Shown: piece by piece, positions 63,761-64,000 of the stretch | Position numbering within the stretch: position 1 is the first letter of the stretch | Layout of the letters: each line of letters starts with the position of its first letter | From: Vicugna vicugna | Taxonomy: Eukaryota | Direction: 5' to 3' | Assembly: GCA_013265495.1 (NCBI GenBank) | Contig: MU058844.1 | Location: 4,827,535-4,891,534, forward strand | DNA: 64,000 nt | Made by a program: the position numbers and the translations under genes | Notes under the pieces: generated by a model | Database searches by the model: none | What the model saw: the letters and a program-made list of their open reading frames with translations, nothing else | Told to the model about the DNA's origin: nothing

Positions 63761-64000
63761 TGGTCCTACTAAAAACTGACCAGTTTTTCAGTGACCTTAA
63801 TTCTCCTTCAGTTTTTATTCCTACTCATTAATAGACTAATTTTACTGAAATTGCTTTTATTAAAATTAATCCCTTTTTAAGTGTCAGATCAGTTTATGGG
63901 ATATAATCAAAAGGCAACTTTGGTTTTATCTTGCACTGTAAGATTCTTATTAGATCTTCAATGCAAATGTGAGCTGGCTCAGTGAATTTTCAGTTCAGTT

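Noticed and set aside
63408..63779. 123-aa and 106-aa overlapping ORFs
   Set aside because: Mostly within an MLT1 LTR, so chance frames.
1..64000. Prokaryotic-type systems (CRISPR arrays, operons), rRNA or true tRNA genes
   Set aside because: The sequence is mammalian. No spaced repeat arrays were seen, and the tRNA-like segments are SINE heads with A-rich tails.

Overview
AT-rich, CpG-depleted, repeat-rich mammalian DNA, intronic or intergenic. It is most likely camelid, because it carries two Vic-1-type tRNA-derived SINEs and young L1s with artiodactyl/camelid-like 3' UTRs. No host protein-coding gene can be identified with confidence, and almost all listed ORFs are transposon remnants or chance ORFs. 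Much of the window is recognisable decayed transposable elements: L1, L2, MIR, Tigger1, MER6, MER20, MER58, MER113 and MLT1/MLT2 LTRs. The main element is a structurally complete but coding-dead 7.7 kb class III (ERV-L/spuma-related) provirus on the minus strand (47009-54667). It has two LTRs, a 5-bp TSD (AAACT), gag, protease, RT, RNase H and integrase motifs, and an unexpected env-like remnant. It sits inside a MIR. Three short local copy events also stand out: an 80-bp inverted copy with stutters at an L1 5' junction, a two-part order-swapped copy inside an MLT1 LTR, and a ~180-bp diverged direct copy inside an old L1. There is also a speculative minus-strand spliced transcript (14.7 kb to 12.0 kb) behind a double-palindrome, MEF2/TATA-like element. 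Repeat family names come from recalled consensus sequences, not database searches, and identities are from by-eye alignments.
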